A DNA stretch of 46,748 bases, from NCBI RefSeq assembly GCF_011745625.1, contig NW_027191517.1, positions 1-46,748 on the forward strand, in the 5' to 3' direction. This document shows positions 1 to 13,596 of this stretch, piece by piece. How positions within the stretch are numbered: the stretch's first letter is position 1; each line of letters begins with the position of its first letter. The notes under the pieces were generated by a model that was not told the origin of the DNA, made no database searches, and saw nothing but the letters and a program-made list of their open reading frames with translations. The position numbers were made by a program, and so were the translations under genes. This DNA comes from Cladosporium halotolerans (lineage: Eukaryota).

Positions 1-126
1 TACACGAGGGTATCTTAGCACGCCAGCTCCGAAGCACACCTGATCTTGCACACTGAGCGCAACGTCGCTTCATGCCGGGCGGCTGACGATGCATCTAAAA
101 AAGGGAATGTAAGGAAGAACCTCGAG

Positions 127-2837
127 CAGTGAGTAAAATAATCTGGTCAATATGGTCTGAGGTCACAGAACAGATTGACCACTTTCAAATCATGGCCGTG
201 ACCATATAGACCACCTAATCACCATTTCCCAAAAGGGTAATTCGTTTCAATTGACTCTATTAGAGCTTCTGATCAATATTCAGCTATCTACAACCACTCC
301 GGAGGCATTTGGGGAGGTGGAGGATGTGTTATAATTATTGACAATGATATCCTCGTCGTCGAATGGGTCATATTCTTCTGGTCGATCTTTCTCAGCAGGC
401 GGCTTGCCGTACCAGCTACGAAGGCATTGCGTGGCTTCGATGATGTCGGCAGATAGGCGGTTCCGGTGATAAGTGAGGAGGTCGCGGCCGGCACTAAATG
501 ACCGCTCGGGGTCGTCACTCATACAAGGGATCGCTAAGCAATCCAGTGCGAATTTAGCCAGTTGTGGTGTTGAAGTTTGTCGTTCGATCCAGTAAGCAAC
601 GGGGTCGAAGTTGTCACTACGAGGGAGAGGATCGGTCGATAGATAGGCGTCCAGCTGGTCGATTGGCTCATGGTAAGCAGAGGTCTTCCTGCGCTTGTGC
701 ATATAGTCGTAGAGTCGTTGATGTGGATCGTCAGATGCCTCTCGATCATGTGTTTCGACAGCGGCGGCAGCGACTGAAGCGGAGCCCTGGCTTGGTTTAT
801 AGCTTGCCTGCCAGATGGCTTTCACCTGAAGCTCCACTTGTAAGATCCACGTCTGCTGCTCAGCACTACCACCACTCCATTCATCGATGAACCACTGCTT
901 CTTCTCTCGTGGATCTAGCATGATCGCCGCATAGACGATGGGCGTCTGATCTGCCAGCTTGTAGACTTCTCACACTTCAACCATGAAGCCATGCAGCACT
1001 CCGAAAGTAACTTGAACGTATGGTCTCCTTCCGCATCTTCTTCAAACTGCACCCGCCAATTATCGAGCTTGTGCAAGAGCCATGCAAGTGTCTGATACCA
1101 TTGGAAAAAGAAAGGCTTGTGACCTTGAGTAGCAAGTGTCGCCACTTCGAAAATCTTTAGACAGTCGTGGATCTTGTCGAGCTGCTGCCAATGGGCGGCA
1201 GTCAGGATGTCTTTCTTGAGCCCAGAAGCGCAATTATCGGGCTTATGCCGTCGACAGAACAGGTCTATACGCTCTTGGATGGTGAGAGCGCGGCCGATCG
1301 CGGTATAGAAGGAGTTCCACCGTGTTGAATTGTCTTGAAGGAGCTCAAGCTGATCAAACTCAGTCAGGGAGCCGCCCTTCTTGCACGTCATGAACTCATC
1401 GCGTCTTTGAGGGCTCCACCGGATGTATTGGACAATATTGTGGAGCCGTCCAACAGGCCCACGACCACGCCAGATCTCGTCACATCCCTCAAGATCACCT
1501 TTCTCCGCCCGTCGATTCAAATCCTTGTCTCCGCCCTTTCTGCCTCTACCGAGGATGAGGGCGCTTGCGCAGAGATTGACAACATGACCAAGGCATCGCA
1601 AGCGGCGGCTGACACGGTCTCTTATCGAAAGATTGGGGTATAGACGGCGTAGGATCGTGTGCACGGCAACGTCGTTCGATGCGATATTGTCTCCTATCAA
1701 GAAGCCTATCCGTTGTTCGATTCCATACTCCTTCACCACGCCAATGATGATCTCGCCTTGATGCTCGCCCGTGTGCTTGCTGAAAACCCTTCGGAAAGCA
1801 AGCAGCTTACTCTGGCGGGACCCTGATGGGCTGATCCAATGTCCGTAGATTGAGAGAATCGCAATGCCGTTTGGCGCGGTCCACATGTCGAACGAGAGGT
1901 GGACATCGCTCCGAGCATGTCGCAGCTCGTCTTTCAGCCGCTCCTTGTGATCGGCATATTCGTCCATGATCCACCGCCGCAGGGTAACAGCCGCGCGAGG
2001 AAGAAGACTGGCGAGGCCAGCATCCAGGAAAGTAAGAAGCTCCCTGAAATAGTCGTTCTCGAGGATTGCGAAGGCGAGCTGACAATACACTATCCATCGC
2101 ATGAACAATCGCTTGAAGACGTCATAGTCGACTGTCGTTACGAGACTGCTGAAGGAAGTGATGCGCTTCTGACTGGTAGGTACGGGACCATCTTGTAGCC
2201 CTCACGATTGTAACCATGTACCGTCATATGATCGATACCGCCCTTTGTACCGCAGAGTACTGGTAATCTCTGCGGTTTCTTTTGACACTCGCAGATGTAG
2301 CAGTAATATACCTCTTTCATATCCGCGGCTCTGAGCAATGCCTCGCCATAGACCCACACCGCCGACGTCTTTTTCTTGAGTTTTCTCATTGAGGCTGTGG
2401 AGCTCTTTCTGATGTATTGTTCGCCGTTCAACTTGAACGAATCAAGGCACTGCTCCGCGGAAAAGAGGGGGTTTTGCGGCCATAGTGTAATTGAGTCCGA
2501 GGCTTTGGCGTCGGTCGCCGCCGCCGCTGCCGCAGTAGCGGTGGCACCTTTCAAGAACGTGAACATGGTATTTTAGAGGTCATACTGGCAGAGTAGAATA
2601 CAACGCGTGTTGAACATGCCCCTAACGCGCCAGCCACGCGCGGCTTGAAAGTGCCGCGGCTTTACTTGTTACAAGGCTATGCGCCTGCACGGCTAACCAT
2701 AAGGCTGAAAATGGTGATTGATCTAGATCTGAGCACTAGACCATATTGACCACTTTCATGGTAGGGTTCGACCATATTGAACAACGATTGACCGGTGATT
2801 GAACAGACCATTTTGGATTAGAACATTTTTTTCACTG
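127..2837 (-). mobile_element. hAT-family DNA transposon (degenerate)
   Basis: Imperfect inverted termini CAGTGAGTAAAATAATCT (127) and reverse-complement CAGTGAAAAAAATGTTCT (ending 2837). Subterminal GACCATATTGACC / TTGACCACTTTCA motifs lie at both ends and enclose an hAT transposase. No clean 8-bp TSD seen. Confidence 0.75.
280..2566 (-). pseudogene. hAT transposase with two frameshifts
   Basis: BED-like CxxC (YYCYICEC), LSFDMWT, DNIASND, RCLGHVVNL, TRWNS and C-terminal dimerisation motif PCMSDDPERSFS. Single-base frameshifts near 2190 and 965 join the three ORFs (…TSQKRITSF…VFKRLFMRW and CEK-YKLADQTPIVYAAIMLDPR). Confidence 0.9.
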
Positions 2838-2992
2838 CACCGTCGTGGTGAACATGGTAAATTTCACGCATAATTGTGTGGGCGCCAAGGTCCTGAGCAA
2901 GGGTGAAGCGTGATGCCCAACTCGAGAGAAAGAACGACTCGCTGTAGCGTATGTTACCAGTGTTGACGTATCGTTAACGTATTTGCTCAGCC

Positions 2993-3680
2993 TCAACTGC
3001 TCAAAACAGCCGATAGCACGGCGCTTAGAGTTATTGTCTGACTGAGCATTGCCGTACTTCGAGTTGTAGTTGCCGAAGAAGATTCAACCACTACACCATA
3101 TCCTCCGCGGTCTCTGCTGTGTCCGGTCAAAGCGCCGGGGGTGGTGTCAGCGATTAGCGCATTAGAGAAGATACCAAGCTTGCCGCCGGATATGCGGTAA
3201 AACACCTCCATTGTAGAATCGACCTTTGGATTACTAAAAGGGCCCACCGAGGAGTCGGCGTAAACACCTAGCGCGTTGACAGAGGAGTTGTGCCCGGAGG
3301 AGAGGGCAGTGGCCGAGTTGGCGGGTTTAGTTATGGAATAGCCGATCGAGTGGGTCATCTGGTGACTAAATTTATCAGAATGGTCAGAAGTGAAACACGT
3401 TCAGGTCTTTCGGTTTACGCCTATCACAACGAACGCGTCCATGGCCACTTTCTAAGAATAGCGACCGTCGTGAGACCGGCGCGCGAGGAGCCGTGATCAT
3501 GTTGATATGCATACCGTCGCCGATGAAGAGTAGTACGTTCTTTGTCTCACGGACTTCGGACAAATCCTTCACGGTTCATTATGCCGTTGTGTCGGTGCCG
3601 TTGTACCCATCGATGGCTTCATATTCGCCAGGCTCGTAACGCGCCACGCTGCTATGAGCCTTGGCCGCAACGGTGGCAAG
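2993..3680 (-). pseudogene. Alkaline phosphatase fragment (PhoA family), decayed
   Basis: Reads YEPGEYEA…TTA**TVKDLSEVRETKNVLLFIGDGMHINMITA, then HSIGYSITKPANSATALSSGHNSSVNALGVYADS…ADTTPGALTGH. These match the AP metal-binding NVILFIGDGM, DSANSATA (catalytic Ser) and ATPAA motifs. In-frame stops are present and the catalytic DS is altered. Confidence 0.8.
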
Positions 3681-5552
3681 CGAAGGGCTCTTAGCGTCTT
3701 GAGAAAGTTGGTCCTCCTACCTGATCAGTGTCAGGATGACGCCTGTTCTCAAAGTCAATCGGAGTATAGACACTACATGAGAAGCTTTATGCCCCGAGCT
3801 CAGGCTTCTTCACATCAAAGAGCTCAGCGGCAGGCCATGCCTTCTCAACGATCTTACCGACGGTAAAAGAGAATTTGTCGTTGGGGATGTCTGATCATAC
3901 AAATTAACTCTCGAAAGTCTTCAGCAATGCCATCAGATATTTGCAAGTCCGCCAAGACATGAGCTGATGTGGCTATGCGTGCCTTCGGGTCGCCGCAGAG
4001 CTGTTGATAGGCGCGTATACCTCGAGACGAACATCGAAATGCTGGACAGCCAGAAAATCTAACGCATCTGGCGGCAGGATGCAATGGAGAGTCAGACAGC
4101 TACAGAGGCGCTGGAAGGTTTGTGCAGAAACGGCAGAGACGAAGCTGGCAGCAATAGCCGTTTATGGCAAGCGTAAAACGACCATCATGGGATTCTTGCT
4201 ATACAAAAGAATTGCTTAGTATGAGCAAACTCAAGATGCAGAAGAGTCGCAGTCAAGTTAACACCTTTCAGAGCTCTGTATTAAACCTACGTATCTTACC
4301 CTGTAGAGCTGTAAGGGACTACGTAAGCTCTACATGCTGGTTAGGCTGAACTGTGGAATGCCTGGCCATTGGTAGCACTACGAACAAAGATGGCTGGGGG
4401 CATGCCACACTGTCAAATCACACGACGCAAGCTCCTTGCAAAGCAAAGTAAAGCATGGCCGAAACAGCGCGTGCGAGTGTTTGCACCGTGTATGGTTTAC
4501 TCGATCAATGACCTGCCCGATTGGGAAAGTGAAATTAGACTCAAAGTCGCGCGAGGGGCTGAAATATTAGAGGAGCGAAGAAGTAAACGACACTGTGTCT
4601 TTAAGGAGATGTGGTAGCCTAGCCATGAATTTGAGAGGCTGAGCGTATCCCAATTGAAACTAGAAGGCACTGGGAGAAAGACGGCGCTGATGCTCAAAAT
4701 GCGCAGGGTCTCTGGATGACGTTCTACAACTAGACCGCTATTCGCGGGATAAACGGTGGAGAGCAATACAGCCAATGAGATTCTGCTGGTGACCGGCTGG
4801 AGATACTGCATTTTCGGTGAATGAGCTCGCGACTTTCCACAGACGACGATGCGAAGTTCCGAGATGGTTGTTGGACCACGTTTCCTTCACAGGGCATCCT
4901 TGCGTTGCAGCCGGCGCTGCGGTGTCTTGTAGCTTACATATAACTAGTCATTGCTACCGGTACATGAAATTCTACACAGGTTCCCAGTATGATCGTGCCA
5001 ACCAGCAACTCAAGGCAAATGCGAGCCTTACATCATGGTATGATTGTATCTGATTGGAAACCTTGGGCTCGTGTCGCGCTAGCGACCTGAACCATCGACC
5101 AGATGCAGTAAGCCTAGGGGATAACGATGTGAGGCGTTTCCTACATGCCAAGGAGATTCTACGGATGGACGTGGCTTTGCGAAATTGGGGTGATTTAGAA
5201 GATTCTGAATCCACACTCATAGATGAAGCAGAGATATGAAGCGCTCGAAATTATCTTCAATTTCAAAACCTGACAAGTTGTATCCAATCATACCATTACC
5301 TATGCATACAATTGAGCATTGCGGCGGCCCGGACCCTGCCCCACCCGCCCAATCATGCGCTTCTCTTCTTTTGCTGCCTACCGCTAAAATAAAACCAATC
5401 AGCGCCGGCTGGTGACATTCATCAAATACAGCATTCAGGCATGATCCCTGCCTGTATGGCACCAGCGACACCAGGCCTCTCTTCCTACTCTGCAACAGTC
5501 TATCCTTCCAATCTTTTGACTTCTTACTACATTTGCTCGTATCAGCCACTCA

Positions 5553-6851
5553 ATGCTTTCTTCCTTTGCTAGGCCTGCAAAGTTAAATCCACTTGCTGGG
5601 CATACGAGCGCCGCAGTCTCCGAAACAATTCGCTCATTGTCTTTTTGCTCTCACCCCCACCCGTATCTGTTGTTCACAAGGCGTTACAAAAGAACCGCCA
5701 TGTCGCCTCACAAGGCGCCATCCCGTGAACCAAATGCCGCTTTCAACGGTCAGCGCCAGCCTCAATACAATATCTCGGAGGTCGCGCAGGGTGACCTCAA
5801 CAATACCGCGTCAATGCGCAAGGTCGACAAGATTATCGCCAACCCGGAGCTGGCCCATCTATCACTCGCAATCTCTGTCAACGAAGAGCACGATACTGAT
5901 ACAAGGGCCAAATATCGGCCTTTCCTCCTTGACGACGCTGTTGCCGCAGGTGACTGGGTGGCAAGGTTAGAATTGGCCACGGCGACCGAGATGGCGCAGA
6001 ATGACATTGCTTTCACTGGACAGAGGCTGGGAATACTGGTCTTGTATGGAAGTTTGAGGAGCCGGTAAGGCTAGCCTTTCATATCTTTACCCTTGGCCTT
6101 GCTCTAGTCATGACGCATTCCGCTTTTTGACCGTACCTGTTAAGCTAACGCTTCCCAGGTCTTACTCCAAATTACTTGCCTTCGAAGTTTCCCGCATTCT
6201 GTGGCGCCTGGGATGCGACGTCCGCATCTATGATCCGATAGGATTGCCTGTCAAAGACGATTCACAGCACGGACACCATAAGGTCCAAGAGCTGCGCGAC
6301 CTGAGCCGGTGGAGTGATGGGCATTTTTGGGTCTCACCTGAGCAGCACGGAAACCTGGTATGCATACCGGATCGTAGAGCTCCCACCCTCCTCCTCCATC
6401 CCACCTTCCCTTAATCACCCCCACCAATCCTTGATCGACTAACGCGCATCCTTGGCAGACTGCTGTCTTCAAAAATCAGATTGACTGGATCCCGCTTTCT
6501 ACTGGCAGTGTTCGGCCAACCCAGGGCCGCACCTTGGGCCTGGCGATGGTCTCGGGGGGTTCTCAATCTTTCAATACCGTCAACAGCCTCCGTATACTCG
6601 GCCGCTGGATGCGTATGTTTGCCATCCCCAATCAGTCCTCAATTCCGAAAGCCTACACTCTCTTCACCAACGAAAATGCCGCAGAAGGAGGATCAAGGCT
6701 TATGCCAGGAGCTAACAGAGACCGTGTGGTCGATTGCGTTGAGGAGTTTGTCAAGTACACTATCCTAATGCGCCCGCACTTCGGACTGATGGGTGATCGG
6801 TTCAGCGAGAGGGAAGAACAGAGGGCAAAAGACGTAAAGCAGAAAGTATAG
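5553..6851 (+). CDS. arsH: ArsH NADPH-dependent FMN reductase / organoarsenical oxidase; introns 6065-6158 and 6358-6458; alternative start at 5700
   Basis: Spliced product contains LYGSLRSRSYS, VSPEQHGNLTAVFKNQIDW and SGGSQSFNTVNSLRILGRWMRMFAIPNQSSIPKAY, characteristic of ArsH. Both introns are GT-AG with CTAAC branch points. Confidence 0.95.
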
Positions 6852-7467
6852 AATGACGAAACATAGAAATGGCTAGGACTGGTAAAGGGGTTCCATGTCT
6901 GTTAGTTGCAAGATCTAGAATGATTGGAACAATATAGCGTAGAATCCTCGAAATTCCACGATGCAGACTTCTCAAAGATCGCGGCAGGCGAAGACTCATT
7001 TCTCTATACGCGTGCCGCAGCCATCATTTCAGCCGTCTGGTATACTTCAGGCAATTTGCGATGTATCTGAGTTGTTTTTGATTGCCACATTGCTTAGCTT
7101 TCGCTTGCTTGAAATATTGGCATATGTTAACTTTCACCATGTGGCTTTCTCGTAACTGAGACCCATCTACTTCTAGCATGTGAGAAGGCGGCGAGTGTTC
7201 AACAAAATCTCTTTAGTGAGTGCCCGACGTGTCAGACAGTAACCGCTACCTCACGGCTCCGGGATCGAAAGAGGACAGAAACCTTCTCGTGTTGTTCCTA
7301 GAAATCTAGCACAGTTTAAAAAAAAGGCTGGTGAGCTATCGCATGAATCTTGGATCTTGGTTCTCTCAATACACGTCACCATTTCTCACCGTTCACTGCT
7401 GACCGTGATGGCAACCCTTGATTTTACACTGAACAGCGTGATACTCATGGAGGCCCCTCCTCAACCT

Positions 7468-8708
7468 TTAACAAATTTCTGCCAGCACCGAGAAAAGCAC
7501 TTTATTGAGGATGCGCCAGTCCTCGCTAGCCATCTGGGCATTGAGATATCCCGCCCGCAGCCTAGATTCTAGCTCTGCAGTCGATAGGCCTCCCTTATTG
7601 TGCTGGAATATGATCGAGAAAGCGATTGAGCAGGCGGTTGTGTTGTCTGTGCTATAGTCGGTGATGCGCGTGACCGTGTTCCATTCGCAAAAGGCGTCTG
7701 TAGATTGATGTAGGCCGAGTGTGGTAGCGTCAGAAGGTGCGATCGACCCGAGCAGTGTGTCACCTTGAGGTAGATGTCGTAGTGTGGGGAGGGACTGTGC
7801 GGAGTCATGCGCCATGGGAGGCCCTAGATCAGCTGCTTTTTCAAAAAAAGACGTACACCGCCCGGTAGAAGCGTATGAACTCGTGCACTGAGTACGCGGT
7901 GCACTGTAAAGTTCTCTTCTGTTTCGTGAAGTGACTGAAAAGGCACTTGCGGCGCTGGCGACGTCGGAAAGGGCTGAGTTGACCGGTTGTTCAGCCGCTA
8001 CGGGCGAGACAAGATCAACCTCCTTGATATAGGCCTCCTGGGGGTGAGAGACGTTGGATGGGGAGTCTGAGTTTCGATACTGTTGACAGGATGGCGATAT
8101 ATCGCTCAAAGCGGCAGGGAAATTGAGAGCATCTGACGGCCACTCCTCGCTGAACGAGACATGCCGATCGGTGGCAGAAGCCACTTTGTCAAGGAATGAT
8201 GATTCGGCAGCAGTGTCCGACTTCGAGTGGGTTCAGTATTGCAATATAGTCTTCAAGCGAGAGTGGGCTTGCTGCTTACGTTGGCACGTTTGGCTTCTCC
8301 TCGGTCGTTCGTAACAGTACCCTGGCGTGAGCTGGTACCAGCCTTAGCACCAGTGGCCATCCGCACAGCAAAAGCGCGGACAAAGAGGTCTTGCGCACCG
8401 GCCCTCACACCCAAAGCCAACAGCAGGTCGCGCCGGGCGTCATTCTCACATCTCAATCGCTCCATTGTCTGAACTACCGGTGCATTATCGTCTGAAGACT
8501 TGGTGGCAGACTGGTCTTCACCAACCAGCCCAGCAAGCTTAGCCAATTTGCATTCAAGCTCGGCGATGTAGGCACGCTTGCGTTCGCGGCTACGCTGCTG
8601 GTTCTGTCGGATGCGCTCGAGGTCTTGTGCCTAGATGATGTCAATGACGCCTCGCGCCAGTGACGGTGGGATGCTCACCTTCGTCTTGGGCTTGTTCTGC
8701 GGCGCCAT
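7468..8708 (-). CDS. bZIP transcription factor 1; introns 8631-8678 and 8221-8279
   Basis: Basic region DLERIRQNQQRSRERKRAYIAELECKL. The GT-AG introns join the pieces in frame. The C-terminal domain is similar to that of the bZIP at 24667-25626. Confidence 0.85.
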
Positions 8709-9299
8709 TGTGGATAGTATATGACTGATCTGGGAATGTATGGCTAGAGCCGCAGTGACGGGCGGGATAGAGGTGGGGTGTCAGTAATTTTGTTTCAGAG
8801 CTGCGGAGGATAGAATGCGGAGGAAGGAGACTTTTACAGTAGCAAGGTTGAGGATCATGACCGAGGCAAAACATGTCAGCCGTTTGTCCACGTGATGGCC
8901 CCGCTCGTTTGCATACCTGACAAAATCTTGCGACTGCTCGCCAACATTCGCCTTACAAAGCGTCGTGGCAAGCTAAGTATCGTCTATGTCGCTGAAAATC
9001 TTGCCTCTGACGATTTGCTAGTTCCTCGTGAAGAGCGGGATCACAGGGAAGGCTACACTCACATGGATGTTCAATCTGTAATCGCGACAGATGAGTGGAG
9101 TGCTTCTTTGCGATTCTTCTGAGTCCTTTCGTCTGGGTCATGAACGCCCTCCAATGTTGTGTTTTAATCTATTCTATTTTTTTATGGGATTCAAAAGGCC
9201 GGAATCGATGTTCTTGATGGTCATGAACCGTCCCCGTTACGAACATCCCGATCTCCCTGTGCTGCATATATCCTAGTCATCTCCCTGGTTGTGCAGCAA

Positions 9300-10614
9300 T
9301 CACTCCTTCCATCCACGCCTTTTGGCAATCCACTTGACCAAGTAAACCAGACCCAACAGCACGGGAACTTCGATCAAAGGCCCCACAGTAGAGGCGAGTG
9401 CCTGATCACTGTCGGCTCCATAGGTTGCAACGGCGACAGCAATAGCTAGTTCGAAGTTGTTACTTGCTGCCGTGAAGCTTTGAGTAGCAGATAGTTTGTA
9501 ACCGAAGCCGAGGCGGTGTGTTATTAGGAGGGTAATGAAAAAGACGGTAATAAAGTAAACGATCAAGGGTGCAGCGACGCGCACCACCGAGACGATCTGG
9601 TGGACGACCTGACGACCTTGGCTGGCGAAAAGTACCAGGATCGTGTAAAGAAGGCCAATAAGAGACCAAGGGGAGATATACTTTAGGAAGACGCGGTCGT
9701 ACCAATCGCGGCTAACGATCCATTGAAGCGTGAAACGCGTGATGATAGCGGCGCCTAAGGGAATGCCGAGGAACACGGCAACGCTAACAGCGACTGTCGA
9801 GTATGAGACTGTGATTTCAGATTGCGAATGGCTGATGATGTTGATAAAAAAGATAGCCAATGGCGCATAGAGCACGATCTGTAGGACAGAATTAATAGCC
9901 ACTAGGATCGCGCAGTATTGGTTATCGCCACCGGCTAAACCAGTCCAGATCAAGACCTGTGGTGATAATGTTATTAGCAGCCTTCTTTTATCGAGAATTG
10001 GACTCGAATTACCATTGCGATGCAACGTGCCAGCCCAACAAGCACAAGGCCCTCGCGGAGGCCAGGCTCGTCGGGAAGAAACGCCCAAGCTAATGCAAGC
10101 TGCCGTAATTAGTATCATGAAATCTCAGGTCATTTTTAACTTGCGGCATACCATGAGGAACGGAGCAACAATCCAGTTGATTATGATACTAAAGCCCACT
10201 TGTATCCAAAGTTGCTTTGATCGGAAGGCTTGATGTAGCGTCTCGTACTTGACTTTGCATAAGATAGGATACATCATCACAAGCAGGCCGATGGCTATGA
10301 GTTCCCTCGTGTCACTAGAGGCTCGTGAAACGATTATGCGGAATTTACGTACCAATTGGAATGGATACTCCGACGAATTTGCCCTTCTCTAGCGCGGGAC
10401 CTGTGTTAGGCACGAAGTTGCCCAGTAGAATGCCAATAACCATGGCGAGCAGGATCCAGAGTGCAAGTAAGCGGTCGAGCCAGCCGAGAGCTTTGAAGGC
10501 AGACGATGGCTCCTTGTCGGAGACTGGAGTAGATTGCTGCTTCTCGATGTCCATAGTGGAGCTGCGGGTGTCTGTTATCGCAGTAGGATCTATCGCCTCT
10601 TGCTTTGGTGACAT
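9300..10614 (-). CDS. ACR3: Arsenite efflux permease (ACR3 family); introns 10295-10352, 10100-10151, 9957-10012
   Basis: WLDRLLALWILLAM, GLLVMMYPILCKV, GLARCIAMVLIW (conserved Cys), ASNNFELAIAVA and GPLIEVPVL motifs. Confidence 0.96.
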
Positions 10615-11427
10615 GGCAACAGATGCGGTATTGTTTGCTAGAGTTCGCGAAGGAGTCGATGACTTTACTGCAGTGTTGTATGGAGAGCAAAAGTCGTTGC
10701 TGGTCCGGTTGAATTGCTCCAAGAGACAGATGCTTTTCAACAGGTGCACAATCAACTGATAGGAGCGCGCTGAAGTAAGACATGGTCACATCGTATTATG
10801 TCACTGCAAGACATTGATTGGTCGAAGTTGCTGGCACGTTTCCAGACTGCACGCTGCCACAAGGGCAGGAGGTTCAAGTGTTCTCTAGGTTCAGCGGGGC
10901 TTTTTTGAGCCCGTCACCGCCCAACGCTGATTCGCCAGTGTCGGCAGGGTTGTCTTCACTTAGTCGTTGCGAGAGGGCAGTCCGTGCATATTGGCCACAG
11001 TGGGAAGAGGGCATGTCATCACCGCTCATTGATTGGGCGTCAGTCAGCCAATCTGCGATACGCATGAAAAGCGTGCAGTCCGTGACCTATGTCGAACATA
11101 CGCGCCATTACTTCTCGTGAGAAGAGGATACGCCGGGAATAACGTTGCATGGTTCTGGAACGAAGCAGACTCTTTGATCGTCAATATGTATGCCAGTTCC
11201 TGACGACGGTCATGCACGTGTACGCTTTAAAACGATCTCTTACACGATCCCCTCTCCTCACGCTCCATCCACAATTGATTTACCAGAGACCGTCAAGCTT
11301 CACACCACGCTTGCCGACACAGCTCGTTCAGACGTTCTTCACCTTCGCCACTCACCAAGACCTTTCCGACAAATTTACACCATCATTTTTGCGCCCACCT
11401 GCCCTGACCACGACTTCTGCTCAAATC

Positions 11428-12042
11428 ATGCCTTCCGCGACTTCTGAGGCCGCTAATGATCCAGAGAAGCCGTGGTACGCCGCATACCCGGAAGCTAACT
11501 CGAGACCGACGCCTATCAGCTGCTCAGAGGTGTTGGACCTACTGAAGAAAGCAAATGATGGAACGAGACTCGTGCTTGTCGATCTGCGGAGGACAGACTA
11601 CGAGGTACGTCAGATATGAGATTCGTTTCGATCGCTTTTTGATTAGTTTTACAGGGCGGCACAATCAATGGCTCCATTAACTTGCCCGCTCAAAGCCTTT
11701 ATCCAACTATCCCTTCGCTCTACAGTATTCTCCACGCTGCCGGTGTTCGTGACGTTGTATGGTACTGTGGTATGTTGGATCCCAATGTGTCTCTGTGAGC
11801 GTCTACATCTGGGTGCCTGTCGAGGGATGCCGCTCACCCACTGGCTTTCTGCTCACCTAAGTTGTGTAGGATCGTCTCGCGGTCGGGGCAACCGCGCAGC
11901 CGCATGGTTTGCAGACTATCTCAAGAGTAAATCAGATCAAAGGATGCAGAGTCTGGTGCTAGAAGGTGGTATCAAAAAGTGGGTTGGCGAGAAAGGGGAA
12001 TACTTGCATTACATGCAAGATTATGATGAGTCAAAATGGTGA
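11428..12042 (+). CDS. ACR2: Arsenate reductase, rhodanese/Cdc25-like (ACR2 type); introns 11605-11654 and 11770-11869
   Basis: LVDLRRTDYEGGTINGSINLPAQSLYP, active-site loop WYCGSSRGRG (CX5R) and LEGGIKKW. Divergent from ACR3, as in the yeast ACR2/ACR3 pair. Confidence 0.88.
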
Positions 12043-12319
12043 GCGCATCCAAGGCTTCCGTGCACCAAGACCGATAGGGGGAAGGGGTGATACGGCAAGA
12101 GAGGGCTCCTTACTGTCGATAGTGAGTTATTCGAAGCTGCGCGCCACATTTTTTTATCTTCGGTTGTTTGTGCTCGCTTCTTCCCGCCATTTGCGTTTAC
12201 TGCGTCGCAGCTCGAACATGACTAGACCGGCAAGGGAGAAGGTGATGCCGACAAATAGCTGTGTGAACAGATACGATCTTTCTGAGTTTGGTCGTCGGAT
12301 GTCAAGTGCAACAACTTCA

Positions 12320-13596
12320 CAGACCAAAGGGCTCAGTTAAGAAGCGTCCCAGTGCTGTGGATTCGTTAGAGCGTACATACATGTGGTTGGCAGAATGGCC
12401 GTTATCCACGAAACAGAGAATAAAGACGCAGATTTCTAAGATCTGAGAGTTCAGCGCAGAGGCCCCAATTGTCTGTGTAGAGCCGTAGTTCGTAAATGCA
12501 CGGCATAAACAAAATACGCAAAACCGGTTGACTCTCGTGGTCACTAACCATCCAGAAGACTCCTAAGATGGCGCCTAAGAGGAGAGCAAAGAAACCCATT
12601 AGCTATGAAATTGTGCAGGTATCTAGAATACGAAGTATAATAAGCCGTAGAAAAAGGTAAGCGTACCCGCGACAGTGAAGCGGTCAAACCTGTCGCTAGA
12701 AATGCCTATAATCAGGCGTCTAACCGCGGTGCTGATATTGAGTAAGCTAATTAGGTCGCTAGCTCGCTATAATGAGAGCCTAATTGAAAGCGCAAAGTCT
12801 AATAACGATAACAATAGTGTGATATAGCCGGACATATATATAAATAGTTAGGCGAGGAGAAGGATCACATTAGACTTCGTAAGTAGTGAAGTGTCAAAAA
12901 TAGTTACGGAACCCGAATTGGTTAGTGCAATCGCGGATTAAGGCTGTCACAATGAAGGTCAGGAAAAACGTAATCAGTCACGTGGAAAATTATGCCTAGC
13001 GTAGCCTAAATGCGTCGATAACAGTTGCGGTCGACCAGGCAAACAAGGCCGCTCCGAAGCCAGAGCCGGCACTTGCAAACCCGTTCGCCAGGATACGGCG
13101 GGCGGGCCTCGAACCACTGGGAGAGGATTGGCAGGCTAGGAACGTGCACAAAACCTATACCGAGGTTGACGAGAATCCCTTGAGTCATCATAAGCTGCCA
13201 GACGCGGTCCTTGAAGCCGGCCATAACGTAGCCACTAGTCTGCAGCACGATCCCAACGGAGATAGTCATGATCCTGCCAAAGCGGTGGGTGAGTACCATG
13301 ACCAAGGGAGCCGCGATCATCGCGAACACAAAATTGACGCCGCCAATAATGGCGAACTCCAGCTTAGAAGCGTCAGGGTAACGATTAGTGTTCAGTTAGT
13401 AGGAAAGATACAGGCCAAAAGACTGGGATTCGCTGGCAGAAACGCTTGAAGAATTCGGGAGCTTGATGCTCGCGCTTACCGCCACCGCGCCCCATGTTGA
13501 GAAGTTGACAAGAAACATCAATACGACGCACACCCATCCGTAGCCGCCGTCTGGCGGTGTTGCGCTGATTTCTCCAGAATCGAGCGCAAGAGGCAT
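12320..13596 (-). pseudogene. MFS monocarboxylate-porter (MCT/Mch-like) pseudogene, copy 1
   Basis: N-terminal PPDGGYGWVCV signature, hydrophobic helices, QGIL…G.G…PSLPILSQWF. Frameshift near 13070; the 3' half (12600-13000) is stop-ridden and TpA-rich. 3' boundary approximate. Confidence 0.8.

Noticed and set aside
3700..5240. Short ORFs that might be a decayed gene
   Set aside because: No recognisable motif or consistent frame; cannot support a call without a search.
10615..11427. Yeast Yap8 site (TGATTAATAATCA) in the ACR3/ACR2 promoter
   Set aside because: Not found on reading this interval.
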